Origin: a plasmid
Length of the DNA: 60,946 nucleotides
Sequence record: NZ_CP048040.1
Strand: one strand, 5' to 3'
The translations under genes and the position numbers were made by a program. Below are positions 28,098-38,687 of this stretch, one piece after another. Position 1 is the first letter of the stretch. Each line of letters opens with the position of its first letter. Below the pieces are notes generated by a model. That model made no database searches and had not been told where the DNA came from. It was given only the letters and a program-made list of their open reading frames with translations.

Positions 28098-29974
28098 GCA
28101 TAGATTACGATCCACTAGCCTATGAAATGCCCTGGCGCCCTAATTACGAAGGCCGCGCCGTTGCGGTGTGGAGTGCTTCGGCATTCACCGCCATGGGAGT
28201 AAACCTAGTCTCAGGCATGCCTTCTGAACCATTTTATTGGATGAGTGGCATTTGTGGGACGATGGCGATGATGCGTGTGCCTAAAGCCATGCAGTTAAGA
28301 ATGTTGCAAAAGCACTTGCAAGGCCGACCCTTGTCATTCATATCTTTGCAGGAGCTTCGAAAATCCATTGAAAAAAACCCTGACGATTTGTGGCTTGGCT
28401 ATGGGTTTAACTGGGAAAACCGTCATACGCAACGTGCTTTTGAAATACTGAAACGCGACCGTTCGGCCATTATTCGTGAAAAACAGTCCTTTCGAGAAAG
28501 GCTTGAAGCGGTGCAGCGCAAGGTTCTGAAAAAACCTAAAAAGCGCAAAGAGCCACCCATGGGCCAGCCATGGATACACGGCTTGGAGCCTGAAGAGACA
28601 ACAATCTCCATGCCCCTGAAGCATGCCGAAGGGCACAAGATTTACGTTGGTACTACCGGATCTGGTAAGACACGGGCCTTTGACTTGGATATCACCCAAG
28701 CAATTTTGCGTGGCGAAGCGGTCATCATCATTGATCCGAAGGGCGACAAGGAAATGCGTGACAACGCGAAACGAGTGTGTGAAGCGCTGGGACAGCCTGA
28801 ACGCTTTCTGTCCTTTCACCCGGCCTTTCCAGAAGAATCCGTTCGCTTGGATTTGCTTAGAAACTTCGGAAGACCTACTGAACTGGCCTCGCGTATCACA
28901 GCATTGATGCAATCAGAGTCGGGCGACCCGTTTACCAACTTCAGTTGGATGGCATTGAATAGTGTCATTCAAGGCATGCTCATTATTGGGTTGCGCCCGA
29001 CACTGAGGACGATTCGGCGCTATCTGGAAGGCGGAATTGATAGTCTGGTGTGCGAAGCTATTGAGGTGTATGGAAAGCGCGTGCTGTCCAAGGCAGAAGA
29101 ACGTATGAGTCCGTACCATCGCAACACCGACAAAGACACCACCAAACGTGCTAACGGCATGTTGCGTTTCTATTACGCAGAAGTACAACCAGAACATCCG
29201 AATTCGGATTTGGAAGCGCTGCTCACGATCTATAGCCACGACAGAGCACACTTTGGCAAGATGATCGCAACGCTGTTGCCTGTGCTGAACATGCTGACAT
29301 CTGATGAGCTGGGTGATTTGCTCTCGCCGGATCCTCGAGATTTAAGTGACTCCCGCCTAATCGTTGATTCAACAAAGATTATCAACAATGGCCAGGTGCT
29401 CTATCTTGGACTGGACTCGCTCTCTGATGGGATCGTAGGTAGTGCGATTGGCTCCCTGGCGCTGTCGGATGCAACTTCTGTTTCCGGAAACCGATACAAC
29501 TACGGTGTCGATAATACGCCGGTCAACATCTATGTTGATGAGGCCGCAGAAGTGCTGAACGATCCATTTATACAGTTGTTGAACAAAGGCCGGGGTGCTG
29601 GCTTCCGTCTTACTATCGCAACGCAAACATTTGCGGATTTTGCGGCCCGTTTAGGGAGTAAAGAGAAGGCGCTGCAGGTGCTTGGAAACATCAATAATGT
29701 CATCTCACTACGAGTGACCGATACCGAAACCCAGAAATTCATCGCTGAGAAATGGGCAAAGACGCGGGTGATGTACGTCATGCGCACCCAAGGACAAAAT
29801 ACCCATGGGGATGAGCCCATACTGCATGGCGGCAATCAAGGTGAACGCCTGATGGAAGAAGAAGCCGATGTGTTCTCGCCGCCGCTACTTGGTGAACTTC
29901 CCAACTTGGAATATATGGCCACGATTTCTGGTGGACGAATCGTAAAGGGAAGACTGCCGATTTTGACAAATTAA
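28094..29974 (+). CDS. traD: type IV coupling protein (TraD/VirD4 family)
   Basis: Walker A GTTGSGKT, Walker B-like IYVDEAAEV; ATGA overlap with traI. Confidence 0.8.
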   Translation: MSIDYDPLAYEMPWRPNYEGRAVAVWSASAFTAMGVNLVSGMPSEPFYWMSGICGTMAMMRVPKAMQLRMLQKHLQGRPLSFISLQELRKSIEKNPDDLWLGYGFNWENRHTQRAFEILKRDRSAIIREKQSFRERLEAVQRKVLKKPKKRKEPPMGQPWIHGLEPEETTISMPLKHAEGHKIYVGTTGSGKTRAFDLDITQAILRGEAVIIIDPKGDKEMRDNAKRVCEALGQPERFLSFHPAFPEESVRLDLLRNFGRPTELASRITALMQSESGDPFTNFSWMALNSVIQGMLIIGLRPTLRTIRRYLEGGIDSLVCEAIEVYGKRVLSKAEERMSPYHRNTDKDTTKRANGMLRFYYAEVQPEHPNSDLEALLTIYSHDRAHFGKMIATLLPVLNMLTSDELGDLLSPDPRDLSDSRLIVDSTKIINNGQVLYLGLDSLSDGIVGSAIGSLALSDATSVSGNRYNYGVDNTPVNIYVDEAAEVLNDPFIQLLNKGRGAGFRLTIATQTFADFAARLGSKEKALQVLGNINNVISLRVTDTETQKFIAEKWAKTRVMYVMRTQGQNTHGDEPILHGGNQGERLMEEEADVFSPPLLGELPNLEYMATISGGRIVKGRLPILTN

Positions 29975-29980
29975 ATGTAG

Positions 29981-30586
29981 ATGATGACGAAAGGAAGCAA
30001 GGTGCAAAGAAAAAAAGTAAACGCAGCCTCATTTCTACCACGCTTGCGGCTGCGAGGCCGCGATAGCGCTGAAGTGTTATCCGTATTAAAGATCGATTGG
30101 CCTGTAGCCGGCTCGGTGCTGGATAAGCTTATTGCCTTTATCGGCGTGTCGAGTCAGGCCGGTAGTGACATTCATGGTCACGTGCAAGAAGTAGTCGAAC
30201 GAGCCCTGCACGCATACAGCGATGCGCTTTACGTAGAGGACCGGATAAAGCATCCCGATCCTGTACGTATCAGCGTGTTCTTGAATGTCGTAATGACAGA
30301 AACCTGTCGTGCCTTGCAGGTTGAACTGGCTGATGCGGCTGGAAAGATATGGAAGCCGGAAGATGGCACCACACTGGCGCAGTGGGGCGAGGAATCAGAT
30401 ACACCGGTGCAAAGCATGGAAGGCGGTCCAAGGGACCTGGCCGTGCGCCGCGCTCTTTATGAGCTACTGACTTCTGATGAATTGAAAACTGTGCTGAGGA
30501 AAACTAACCATGAAAAAGCAATTCTGGATGGTCGCCTTGCTCTTTGTGATAGAACTGGTAATCGTCCTTCTACTAGTTCCCGGTGA
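29981..30586 (+). CDS. hypothetical transfer-region protein (201 aa)
   Basis: ORF between traD and MPF block. Confidence 0.45.
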   Translation: MMTKGSKVQRKKVNAASFLPRLRLRGRDSAEVLSVLKIDWPVAGSVLDKLIAFIGVSSQAGSDIHGHVQEVVERALHAYSDALYVEDRIKHPDPVRISVFLNVVMTETCRALQVELADAAGKIWKPEDGTTLAQWGEESDTPVQSMEGGPRDLAVRRALYELLTSDELKTVLRKTNHEKAILDGRLALCDRTGNRPSTSSR

Positions 30587-31139
30587 CTTCACATACAAGG
30601 CGATCAATAAAGAGGCTGAATATGTAGAGAGAACATTAGGCACCGAGTCTCGCGCTTGGATTCATGAGACGGCTGCGAACTGGTATCAAAGCAGCATGAT
30701 TGACTCAGGAGCGCTTCAGGCCATGCACAATCATCTGATCCCAACTGAGGAAGAACGGTTGCGTTCTCGCGGTGCTCAGAACATGGGTAGCCAGTTATTT
30801 AAATGGTGGGAAGGGCGCTTGGACGCCTTAGCCAAATCCATCTATCAGGTGTTTGCTCGTGCAGCTTTAGTTGCACTGTGGGCGCCCTACATAGTGGTGC
30901 TGCTTATACCAGCCGCTTTTGACGGCTATATGACATGGCGGATTAAGCGAACCAACTTTGCCTATGCAAGCCCGGTCGTCCATCGATACAGCGTCAGAGT
31001 CGTGACATCACTATGGTTCGTGATGCTGATTGCATTTTTTGTACCTATTGCGCTCGATCCGATTTTCATACCACTAGTGCTTATGGCGGTCTGTATCTTC
31101 ATGGGTCTGGCTCTTGGAAATTTGCAAAAGAGAATTTGA
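30510..31139 (+). CDS. transfer-region membrane protein (209 aa, 4 TM)
   Basis: N- and C-terminal hydrophobic helices. Confidence 0.45.
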   Translation: MKKQFWMVALLFVIELVIVLLLVPGDFTYKAINKEAEYVERTLGTESRAWIHETAANWYQSSMIDSGALQAMHNHLIPTEEERLRSRGAQNMGSQLFKWWEGRLDALAKSIYQVFARAALVALWAPYIVVLLIPAAFDGYMTWRIKRTNFAYASPVVHRYSVRVVTSLWFVMLIAFFVPIALDPIFIPLVLMAVCIFMGLALGNLQKRI

Positions 31140-31231
31140 TGAGTATCAAAGCCAAAGCCTGTGTCGCGCTGGTATGGGCCGTAGTCATAGTTGGATTCTG
31201 CTACGGATTAGGGCGAATTCCAGTGGCATAG
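31139..31231 (+). CDS. small hydrophobic peptide (30 aa, MSIKAKACVALVWAVVIV...)
   Basis: ATGA-coupled to previous ORF. Confidence 0.3.
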   Translation: MSIKAKACVALVWAVVIVGFCYGLGRIPVA

Positions 31232-31249
31232 CAGGAGTGTGTTTAGAAG

Positions 31250-31273
31250 ACAAATTTCGCATGCGAAATTTGT
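31250..31273. promoter_or_regulatory. palindrome copy 3 (extended ACAAATTTCGCATGCGAAATTTGT), upstream of tra operon
   Basis: Perfect 24-bp palindrome containing the 14-mer. Confidence 0.6.
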
Positions 31274-31436
31274 TTGATTAATCCGTGACAACTAAAACCA
31301 GAATGAATGGCGAAAGATGTGGAGCACCATTTGTCCTCTGAGTGCCAGCCTGTTCATCAAGCTCGGCAATTGTCCAGGCTGCTGCGACCCGATTTCGCTG
31401 CAGTGCTAAACAGTTCAACTATCAGGAGATAACCCA

Positions 31437-31817
31437 ATGACTAATGCAGCCGTAGCCGCAATTCAGTACGCACTAGAACCTACTACGGACGAAGGTATGG
31501 CGTTTCTTGACGCATGGAATCAAGGCGACTTTGATGTATGTCGCAGCGCATGGCCTGATGCACCTAAAACTTGCTATATCGGCGCCGATCCTTTATTGCC
31601 AGAAACCATGGAGTTTATGGAAGCTGAACGAAATCACCGAGAGCAAGCGCTCTTGTGGTGCAAATTTTTGAAGGTTGCCGACTTTTCGCCGGCAGAAGAT
31701 TTTAAACGCAACTTCTGGCGTGGGGTGGTCAACCTTCCTGCTGATGGGTACGCAACCTTGGCTGATGCAGTCCAAGATGCTGTTGATAACGATTGGCCAC
31801 TAAGGACAGGTACATGA
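31437..31817 (+). CDS. hypothetical protein, first gene of MPF operon (126 aa)
   Basis: SD AGGAGA; ATGA-coupled to traL. Confidence 0.5.
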   Translation: MTNAAVAAIQYALEPTTDEGMAFLDAWNQGDFDVCRSAWPDAPKTCYIGADPLLPETMEFMEAERNHREQALLWCKFLKVADFSPAEDFKRNFWRGVVNLPADGYATLADAVQDAVDNDWPLRTGT

Positions 31818-32095
31818 AACCCGTAAAGATCGCCAGGCGCGTGGACGAACCGCCTCACTTGCTGCTTTGGAGCGCAGATGAAATTGCACCTATGTTGTTG
31901 GGACTGACAGTGGGTATTGTCATTGGAAAGGCCCTGCTCTGTTTTCTAATCGGCTTGGCAGTAACGAAGCTGTATTCGCGGTTCAGGGACAACCATCCTG
32001 ACGGTGTGATTTTGCACCTGCTTTATTGGTCAGGTCTTTTGACTACACGTGCTCGTTGCATGCGAAATCCCTATATTCGCCGCTTTCTGCCATAA
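31814..32095 (+). CDS. traL: TraL-like small membrane pilus-assembly protein
   Basis: About 93 aa, central TM, position before traE. Confidence 0.5.
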   Translation: MKPVKIARRVDEPPHLLLWSADEIAPMLLGLTVGIVIGKALLCFLIGLAVTKLYSRFRDNHPDGVILHLLYWSGLLTTRARCMRNPYIRRFLP

Positions 32096-32253
32096 GCCAC
32101 GGCGACCTGATCCCCATCATCAAGAGCGCTCCACATCGGAGCGCTTTTTCTTTGGTGCCTATCGTAGACGGCCCAAATTGGGCACTAACAAAGGCCGATA
32201 GCCTAGTTACGCAACCTCACAATGCACGTATCCAAAAAGGATTTAAGGCAACC

Positions 32254-32886
32254 ATGGAACTCAAGAAACTATTACGTACGTGGGAAGGCACTCAGGCAGA
32301 GAATAAATGGAATCGGCTGATCATCGCTGCGCTGATCATTGTTCTGTTCATTGTGGCGATCAAGGCCTTTACCAAAGAAACAGTCGTCATCATGCAACCG
32401 CCCACTCTGGCTGAAGAAGGCTGGCTTGAATCGAACAAGTCTTCTCAATCCTACCAAGAGGCCTGGGGTGTTTTCATGGCTACGCTTGTTGGCAATGTCA
32501 CACCAGCTTCCGTGGTGTTTCTCAAGGAACGCATCGGCCCCTTGCTTTCACCGGCCATCTACAGCGATGTCATGAGTGCATTGGAAAGCCAAGCCAACCA
32601 GATTCGTAATGACCGCATTTCACTACGGTTTGAAATGAACCAGGTTCATTACGAGGCAGAAACCGGCAAGGTTTTTGTGTACGGAAACTCGTACTCCAAA
32701 GGTGTCTCAGGCCTCGAAGACCGCAAGGAACGCACTTATGAGTACATCGTGCGTATTAACCGTTATCAGCCAGTTTTTGAATACATGGCGACCTACGAGG
32801 GCCGTCCGCGATCACAGAAGATCTTGCAACAAATGGAACGTCGTGAACAGGTAAGGAGCGAACGTGAGAAAAAGAATGAAAATTAA
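32254..32886 (+). CDS. traE: TraE-like (VirB8-class) T4SS protein
   Basis: N-terminal TM anchor, about 210 aa, order L-E-K-B. Confidence 0.6.
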   Translation: MELKKLLRTWEGTQAENKWNRLIIAALIIVLFIVAIKAFTKETVVIMQPPTLAEEGWLESNKSSQSYQEAWGVFMATLVGNVTPASVVFLKERIGPLLSPAIYSDVMSALESQANQIRNDRISLRFEMNQVHYEAETGKVFVYGNSYSKGVSGLEDRKERTYEYIVRINRYQPVFEYMATYEGRPRSQKILQQMERREQVRSEREKKNEN

Positions 32887-33796
32887 GTCTCTGCTGGCCG
32901 CTGCTGGTATTGCAATGGCCGGGGTCGCTCATGCCAGTGAACAAGTTGATATTCCGATTGTGCCGTCCAGTGTTATGACGAAGAACGTGCCGCCTCATAT
33001 CGACAGTAAAAAGACATCGAGTCAGCGCAGTCCAGTTAATCAGGCTCTGGCCAAGATTAATGAAAACGCTGTGCTAGTCATGGAACAAGGTGTTAACCAG
33101 ATAGTACCTATAGCTATTGATCACCCGAATCGAATAGTTACGCCATTTAATCGACCAAACATTGAAAGCGTTATCGATTCAAAAGTCACGAAAATCCAGG
33201 CAAAGGGAAATGTGGCTTACGTGTCAACGACTTCTGAGCGTCCGGTAACGCTGTTTATCACCGAGCATGGAGATCAGAGTCGAGCTCTCAGTCTAACGCT
33301 TGTTCCCAGAGAAATTCCACCTCGAGAGTTGTTCTTGCAGCTACCTGATGGAGTTGGGCTTGGCCACATGATTGCGGCTGGAAATGAAAAGGCTGAGAAA
33401 TGGGAAAGCAGCCAGCCATATATTCAAACTATACGAGAGATTTTTAGAAGCATCGCGCTTGGTGAAGTGCCGCAAGGTTATTCCATGACACGTATTCCGG
33501 CGAGTATGCAGCGTCCAAGTTGCAGCGCCGGTGGGCTTTCCTTTGACTTTTCAATCGGTCAGGTGTTGATGGGTCACAACCTATCCGTACTTGTGGGCGT
33601 GGCCACTAATACAACATCGCAGCCTGTGGAGTTCAAAGAAGCAGCATGCGGAGGATGGGATGTTGCAGCGGTTGCCGCTTGGCCACTTAATGTCCTTGAA
33701 CCTGGCCAACGTACCGAAGTCTATGTGGCAAAGAAAGTTGGCCATCACCGCAAGGGCCCAATTTCTAAGCGCCCGTCACTTGTGGGAGCTTACTAA
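32876..33796 (+). CDS. traK: TraK-like (VirB9-class) periplasmic T4SS protein
   Basis: Signal peptide MKIKSLLAAAGIAMAGVAHA. Confidence 0.6.
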   Translation: MKIKSLLAAAGIAMAGVAHASEQVDIPIVPSSVMTKNVPPHIDSKKTSSQRSPVNQALAKINENAVLVMEQGVNQIVPIAIDHPNRIVTPFNRPNIESVIDSKVTKIQAKGNVAYVSTTSERPVTLFITEHGDQSRALSLTLVPREIPPRELFLQLPDGVGLGHMIAAGNEKAEKWESSQPYIQTIREIFRSIALGEVPQGYSMTRIPASMQRPSCSAGGLSFDFSIGQVLMGHNLSVLVGVATNTTSQPVEFKEAACGGWDVAAVAAWPLNVLEPGQRTEVYVAKKVGHHRKGPISKRPSLVGAY

Positions 33797-35136
33797 TGTC
33801 TATTCGGGATAAGTGGGTTTCGCTGGACCCGAAATATAAGCGGTATGCCGTGATCGGTATGGCAGGTTTAGTCGTAGTGGCGGTTATGAGTTTCACAACT
33901 CGCCCACAGGAGGAAAAGCGCCCAGCTTCGCGTCAAGAGTTGATCCGTCACGTACTTACGGATCAGGATACTCGTAATGCCGGTCTTGATGCCTTGGCGG
34001 CAGACCTAAAAAACTTACGTAGTGACTCTACTAAAACAACCAGAGCGCTTGAGCGTATTGAGCGTGAAGTAGAGGTCGCCAAGCGGCAAAGCAATGAAGT
34101 ACCAGCTCCTCTTCGCTCACGCATGGAACGCATGTCTCAGGACATAGAAACCATGATGGAGAAGTTGGGAGAAATGCAGAAAAGCCAACAAGTACAGACC
34201 GTCGCTCCAGATGAAGCACGTGTGGGCGCGGATACTCAAAGCCGTGAGGATGAGAGTAACGACGAGCAGGGTCCATCCCCCTTCGGGGGTCGTCATAGTG
34301 GTATCACTGAGCTTGATCCTTCAAATCCCTTGGCTGTTTTCCAGAAACAACGTTGGAGTACCACAACCTTACCTGAAAAGATTAGAGCTCCAGGCAATGA
34401 TGAAGCTTCCTCCACCATGACCATGATGACTATTGTTGAGGAACTGCCTGAGCCGGAAGATGAAGGAACCGGCGGAGAGGACCACGTATACCTGCCTGCT
34501 GGGGCCATCATTACTGGCACGTTGATCAATGGTATGGATGCACCGACTGGCAATGGCGCCCAGCGTGACCCGTTCCCTAGCCTGCTTCGCATCCAGAAAG
34601 AAGCCATTTTGCCTAATCGATTCAGAGCAGATATTCGTGAATGCTTCTTGATAATTGGAGGGTACGGTGATCTGAGCTCTGAACGGGCGTATCTGCGTGG
34701 TGAAACTTTGTCGTGCGTACGTGACGACAGCGGTGTGATCGAAACGCGTCTCGATTCTTACGCGGTTGGCGAAGACGGTAAAGCTGGAGTGCGTGGTCGC
34801 TTGGTATCCAAGCAAGGCCAGATCATTGCAAAGTCGCTGATGGCTGGGTTTCTGAGCGGTGTATCCAAGGCCTTTGATGTGAAGCCAGTGCCTATCATCG
34901 ACACTTCAGGCAATGCTGGGATGGCTCGCAATAAAGCAAACTCGAATTGGTTGCAGAGCTCTGCTGTAAGTGGTGCCAGTACAGCACTTGATCGAATCGC
35001 TGAGTTCTATCTGGATATGGCTGAGGGCATGTTCCCTGTTATCGAAGTTGATGCCGGCCGACAGATTGATGTGATTGTTAACCGCGGCACACGCCTGGAA
35101 GTGCGTGGGACAGGTGTAGGTAAAGGAGGAAAATGA
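33796..35136 (+). CDS. traB: TraB-like (VirB10-class) T4SS protein
   Basis: N-terminal TM, coiled-coil/Pro-rich middle, C-terminal VirB10-like core. Confidence 0.7.
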   Translation: MSIRDKWVSLDPKYKRYAVIGMAGLVVVAVMSFTTRPQEEKRPASRQELIRHVLTDQDTRNAGLDALAADLKNLRSDSTKTTRALERIEREVEVAKRQSNEVPAPLRSRMERMSQDIETMMEKLGEMQKSQQVQTVAPDEARVGADTQSREDESNDEQGPSPFGGRHSGITELDPSNPLAVFQKQRWSTTTLPEKIRAPGNDEASSTMTMMTIVEELPEPEDEGTGGEDHVYLPAGAIITGTLINGMDAPTGNGAQRDPFPSLLRIQKEAILPNRFRADIRECFLIIGGYGDLSSERAYLRGETLSCVRDDSGVIETRLDSYAVGEDGKAGVRGRLVSKQGQIIAKSLMAGFLSGVSKAFDVKPVPIIDTSGNAGMARNKANSNWLQSSAVSGASTALDRIAEFYLDMAEGMFPVIEVDAGRQIDVIVNRGTRLEVRGTGVGKGGK

Positions 35137-35137
35137 A

Positions 35138-35680
35138 ATGATGAGCGCGCTTAATGCACCAGTTTTGGGTCACTTCACGGGGTGGCGACCCCCAGTGTCA
35201 ACATTACGATTAGGACAACTGATTACTTTGGCCGTAGCTGCTCTATTGACGGGCTGCAGCTCACTAAATATTGGCAATTCTGACTACGCATGCCCCGGTA
35301 TGCCAGATGGGATTCAGTGCATGTCAACCCTCGAAGTCTATGCCATGACAAATGATGGGAACGTGCCTAGGCCAATGAACAAAGATGAAAAGGATTATGA
35401 GCGAAAAAAAAATGAAGAAAGTCTGCAGCACATAGGGTCCACCGATACACAACAGGATTTTATTAACACGTACGTCGCACCCCAACTGCCGGACCGCCCG
35501 GTTCCCATACGGACGCCAGCGCAAGTGATGCGAATTTGGGTTGCACCTTGGGAGGATACGAATGGCGATTTGATTACAACAGGGTATGTTCACACTGAAA
35601 TTGAGCCGCGTCGATGGGTGGTTGCGGAACAAGCACCAAAGTCAGATCCGGTTCTTCGACCGTTACAAGTCACTCGCTAA
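35138..35680 (+). CDS. traV: TraV-like outer-membrane lipoprotein
   Basis: Lipobox LLTGCSS, conserved Cys pair; SD AAGGAGGA. Confidence 0.65.
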   Translation: MMSALNAPVLGHFTGWRPPVSTLRLGQLITLAVAALLTGCSSLNIGNSDYACPGMPDGIQCMSTLEVYAMTNDGNVPRPMNKDEKDYERKKNEESLQHIGSTDTQQDFINTYVAPQLPDRPVPIRTPAQVMRIWVAPWEDTNGDLITTGYVHTEIEPRRWVVAEQAPKSDPVLRPLQVTR

Positions 35681-35715
35681 GGGTCATTTACATCCAACCT
35701 CATAGGAAGAATTCA

Positions 35716-36114
35716 ATGAGTATTGCAAATATCTCGATCAACACTGGCGAAGACCAGTACAAACGCCACAAGCAAATCCTGTTTTTTGTGGTTCTGATGG
35801 TAGCCATGTTTCTGCTGGCTGTGAACACGTCGCACGCAGGGGCAGGGGGGCTTGAATTTGAAGAAATCTGGCAAACCTTAAAAGAGTGGACTCAAGGTAC
35901 GCTGGGCCGGATCATTGCCGGTGCGATGATCCTGATCGGTATTATTGGCGGCATTGCTCGTCAGAGCTTGATCGCGTTTGCCCTGGGCATTGGTGGTGGA
36001 ATCGGTCTCTACAATGCACCAGACATTATCGAGTCGATCCTTTCCGCTACGCTTGAGCATGCAGCTGCCATATCCACGACAGTGCATCACCTTGGCAACG
36101 GTTTGGGGATTTGA
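35716..36114 (+). CDS. candidate conjugative pilin (TraA/TrbC-like)
   Basis: 132 aa, two hydrophobic Gly-rich helices, position after traV. Confidence 0.45.
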   Translation: MSIANISINTGEDQYKRHKQILFFVVLMVAMFLLAVNTSHAGAGGLEFEEIWQTLKEWTQGTLGRIIAGAMILIGIIGGIARQSLIAFALGIGGGIGLYNAPDIIESILSATLEHAAAISTTVHHLGNGLGI

Positions 36115-36165
36115 AAGCCACTCTTAAAGCCCGTGTTTGATGGCAGACAAGGCCAGAAGCAATTA

Positions 36166-36190
36166 CCGCCCTTCGGGGCGGTTTTTTTTT
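36166..36190 (+). terminator. rho-independent terminator CCGCCC-ttcg-GGGCGG + T9
   Basis: Perfect 6-bp GC stem followed by T-run, 50 bp after pilin stop. Confidence 0.55.
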
Positions 36191-36296
36191 CCAAGAAATA
36201 TGTATGCGTTTTGGACCCTTCTATGGGGTGATGGGCTGTTGCCCGTCACATACCATGAACAGTAGTAACAAGCGTATCGGAAATAGGAGACCGTAA

Positions 36297-36401
36297 TGGG
36301 CTACGTAAAGAGGGTGCCTAGAGCAGGGCGTAATCGATGGGCACTAAGTTTGATAAGCATCCTGGGTTGCCTTTCAATGAGTACGGCCGCATTTGCAGAA
36401 G
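36297..36401 (+). pseudogene. 5' fragment of a secreted-protein gene truncated by IS26
   Basis: AGGAGA SD, MGYVKRVPRAGRNRWALSLISILGCLSMSTAAFA signal peptide, reading frame runs into IS26. Confidence 0.45.
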
Positions 36402-37216
36402 GGCACTGTTGCAAATAGTCGGTGGTGATAAACTTATCATCCCCTTTTGCTGATGGAGCTGCACATGAACCCATTCAAAGGCCGGCATTTTCAGCGTGAC
36501 ATCATTCTGTGGGCCGTACGCTGGTACTGCAAATACGGCATCAGTTACCGTGAGCTGCAGGAGATGCTGGCTGAACGCGGAGTGAATGTCGATCACTCCA
36601 CGATTTACCGCTGGGTTCAGCGTTATGCGCCTGAAATGGAAAAACGGCTGCGCTGGTACTGGCGTAACCCTTCCGATCTTTGCCCGTGGCACATGGATGA
36701 AACCTACGTGAAGGTCAATGGCCGCTGGGCGTATCTGCTACCAGGCCGTCGACAGCCGGGGCCGCACTGTCGATTTTATCTCTCCTCCCGTCGTAACAGC
36801 AAAGCTGCATACCGGTTTCTGGTAAAATCCTCAACAACGTGAAAGTGGCAGATCCGCGATTCATCAACACAGCGGGTAAAGCGCCCGCCTGGTCGCGCGC
36901 GCGCTGCTCAAACGCGAAGGCCGGTGCCCGTCTGACGTTGAACACCGGCAGATTAAGTACCGGAACAACGTGATTGAATGCGATCATGGCAAACTGAAAC
37001 GGATAATCGGCGCCACGCTGGGATTTAAATCCATGAAGACGGCTTACGCCACCATCAAAGGTATTGAGGTGATGCGTGCACTACGCAAAGGCCAGGCCTC
37101 AGCATTTTATTATGGTGATCCCCTGGGCGAAATGCGCCTGGTAAGCAGAGTTTTTGAAATGTAAGGCCTTTGAATAAGACAAAAGGCTGCCTCATCGCTA
37201 ACTTTGCAACAGTGCC
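36402..37216 (+). mobile_element. IS26 (IS6 family), copy 1, divergent/frameshifted
   Basis: Termini GGCACTGTTGCAAA ... TTTGCAACAGTGCC; internal Tnp26 homologue broken into ORFs 36447-36842 and 36970-37164. Confidence 0.85.
36465..37164 (+). pseudogene. tnpA: IS26 transposase, frameshifted
   Basis: MNPFKGRHFQRDIILWAVRWYCKYG... then frame breaks after WAYL. Confidence 0.7.
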
Positions 37217-38247
37217 GTGAATTAACCCTGTTTTATTTGTTACGGATAGTCATCTCAAGGATTGAGTAATGGCGTTAATAACCGCTTGGCAGATGCTTCG
37301 TAAGGGCATAGTCAAGGCGCACAGGTGGGCTTTTGAGGTGATCGTGAGGTCACAGGGGAATGAGGTGTTAAACTGGATTTCTCGGCACGTCATGGTGAAT
37401 TGCTGAATTCGTAGAGATACGTTGCAATTTGCTCTGGCGGTCAATGGATAGCTCAAGCCTGTAAGGTCGGCTCTGTCAACACACAACTATAGAATAGTTG
37501 ATGGCAGTCGATATGCGTAGAGTAAGTGCTTTACCTTATTGATTTAACTAGACAATATAACCCCGACAAGACTTGGAACTGCGGTTGGGTGAACATGGAA
37601 TTGAGTTTAGTTAAGTTAGAGATAAGCGTACTACTCATCAAGACAAATAAGACTAACGTGGGCGCACTTCACACCGTTTGAGTTGTAGATATTTAATTTC
37701 TGATTGATTAGTTCACAGAAAAGCGATTCTAGGCAAACAACGAGGTGGTGATCGGTGACGATCTTTAGAAGTGTTAGAGAATCAGACAAGTACAAAACCC
37801 TTAATCTTTAAGGGTTGCAGTCACTCCGAGCGAATAAAAACGTAAGTGGTGATAATTGGGAAAGTCTATGCCGATAAGTTGGTGATGTTTAAGGTGATTG
37901 AAAACAGATTTTTTTCGGTAATATTCGAGTGGTATCAACATGCTTTGGCTAGCATGATTTACCGAAAAAACTGTCTTAAAACGATTCTACAATCGTGAAA
38001 ATTAGTTGTCTTGGCAGACAATGATATTTTCAAACTGTCGTTGCAGTATAAATACGTACAAATTAGCGGTTTTTAAGAACCCAGTCCTCTTTAAGAGGCT
38101 GGGTTTTTCCACTCAACAACTAGAATTCATTTAATTGCCCACCATTTGCGTTTTAAGCGATTTTTAAATGCACAACGTAGGGTAGATTAAAAAAATAATA
38201 AAAACCTCCATAGTGCCGCTTTTTTTGCGTTTAATCGCTATCTTTAA

Positions 38248-38361
38248 CGAGTGTCTACGAGTGACACAAAGAAAATTCGCTTACTCCCCTCTCTGAAAAA
38301 CCGCTTTTGCTTTTTTTAAATTACTGGAGATAGTTTTTAGCGAGTGTCTACGAGCGACACA
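38248..38361. repeat. two copies of 21-bp element CGAGTGTCTACGAG(T/C)GACACA, each an internal inverted repeat
   Basis: 38248-38268 and 38341-38361, in ORF-free AT-rich leader upstream of rep. Confidence 0.45.
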
Positions 38362-38570
38362 TTGAAGCTTTTGCTTTTCAAAAAGTATGAGCATAGCGAA
38401 TACATTATCAGTGCTTTTGACTTTGCTTTTGCTCTTGAAACGACACGAGCGAAGCGAGTGCCATAGCCTTTGATTTTTATTCTTTTGGGCTTTTAATATA
38501 TTTTAAAGCTTTTAAATACTTTTAGACTGGATGAAATCCGCACAGGGCTTGGGATACAGCTAGTATATGA

Positions 38571-38650
38571 CACCAAATTCTATTAGATAAAGCACCAAAT
38601 TCTATTAAATAAAACACCAAATTCTATTGATTTAACACCATAAATAAAAT
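38571..38650 (+). repeat. Rep_3 iterons: about 4 direct 22-bp repeats (core CACCAAATTCTATTA)
   Basis: Copies at 38571, 38593, 38615 and a degenerate one at 38636, just upstream of rep. Confidence 0.75.
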
Positions 38651-38687
38651 ATGGTGCTAAATATAATAATGCAATTGTATTTTTAAT

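Noticed and set aside
36318-36692. 124-aa minus-strand ORF spanning the IS26 left end
   Set aside because: It runs antisense through the IS26 IR and transposase start. No independent support.
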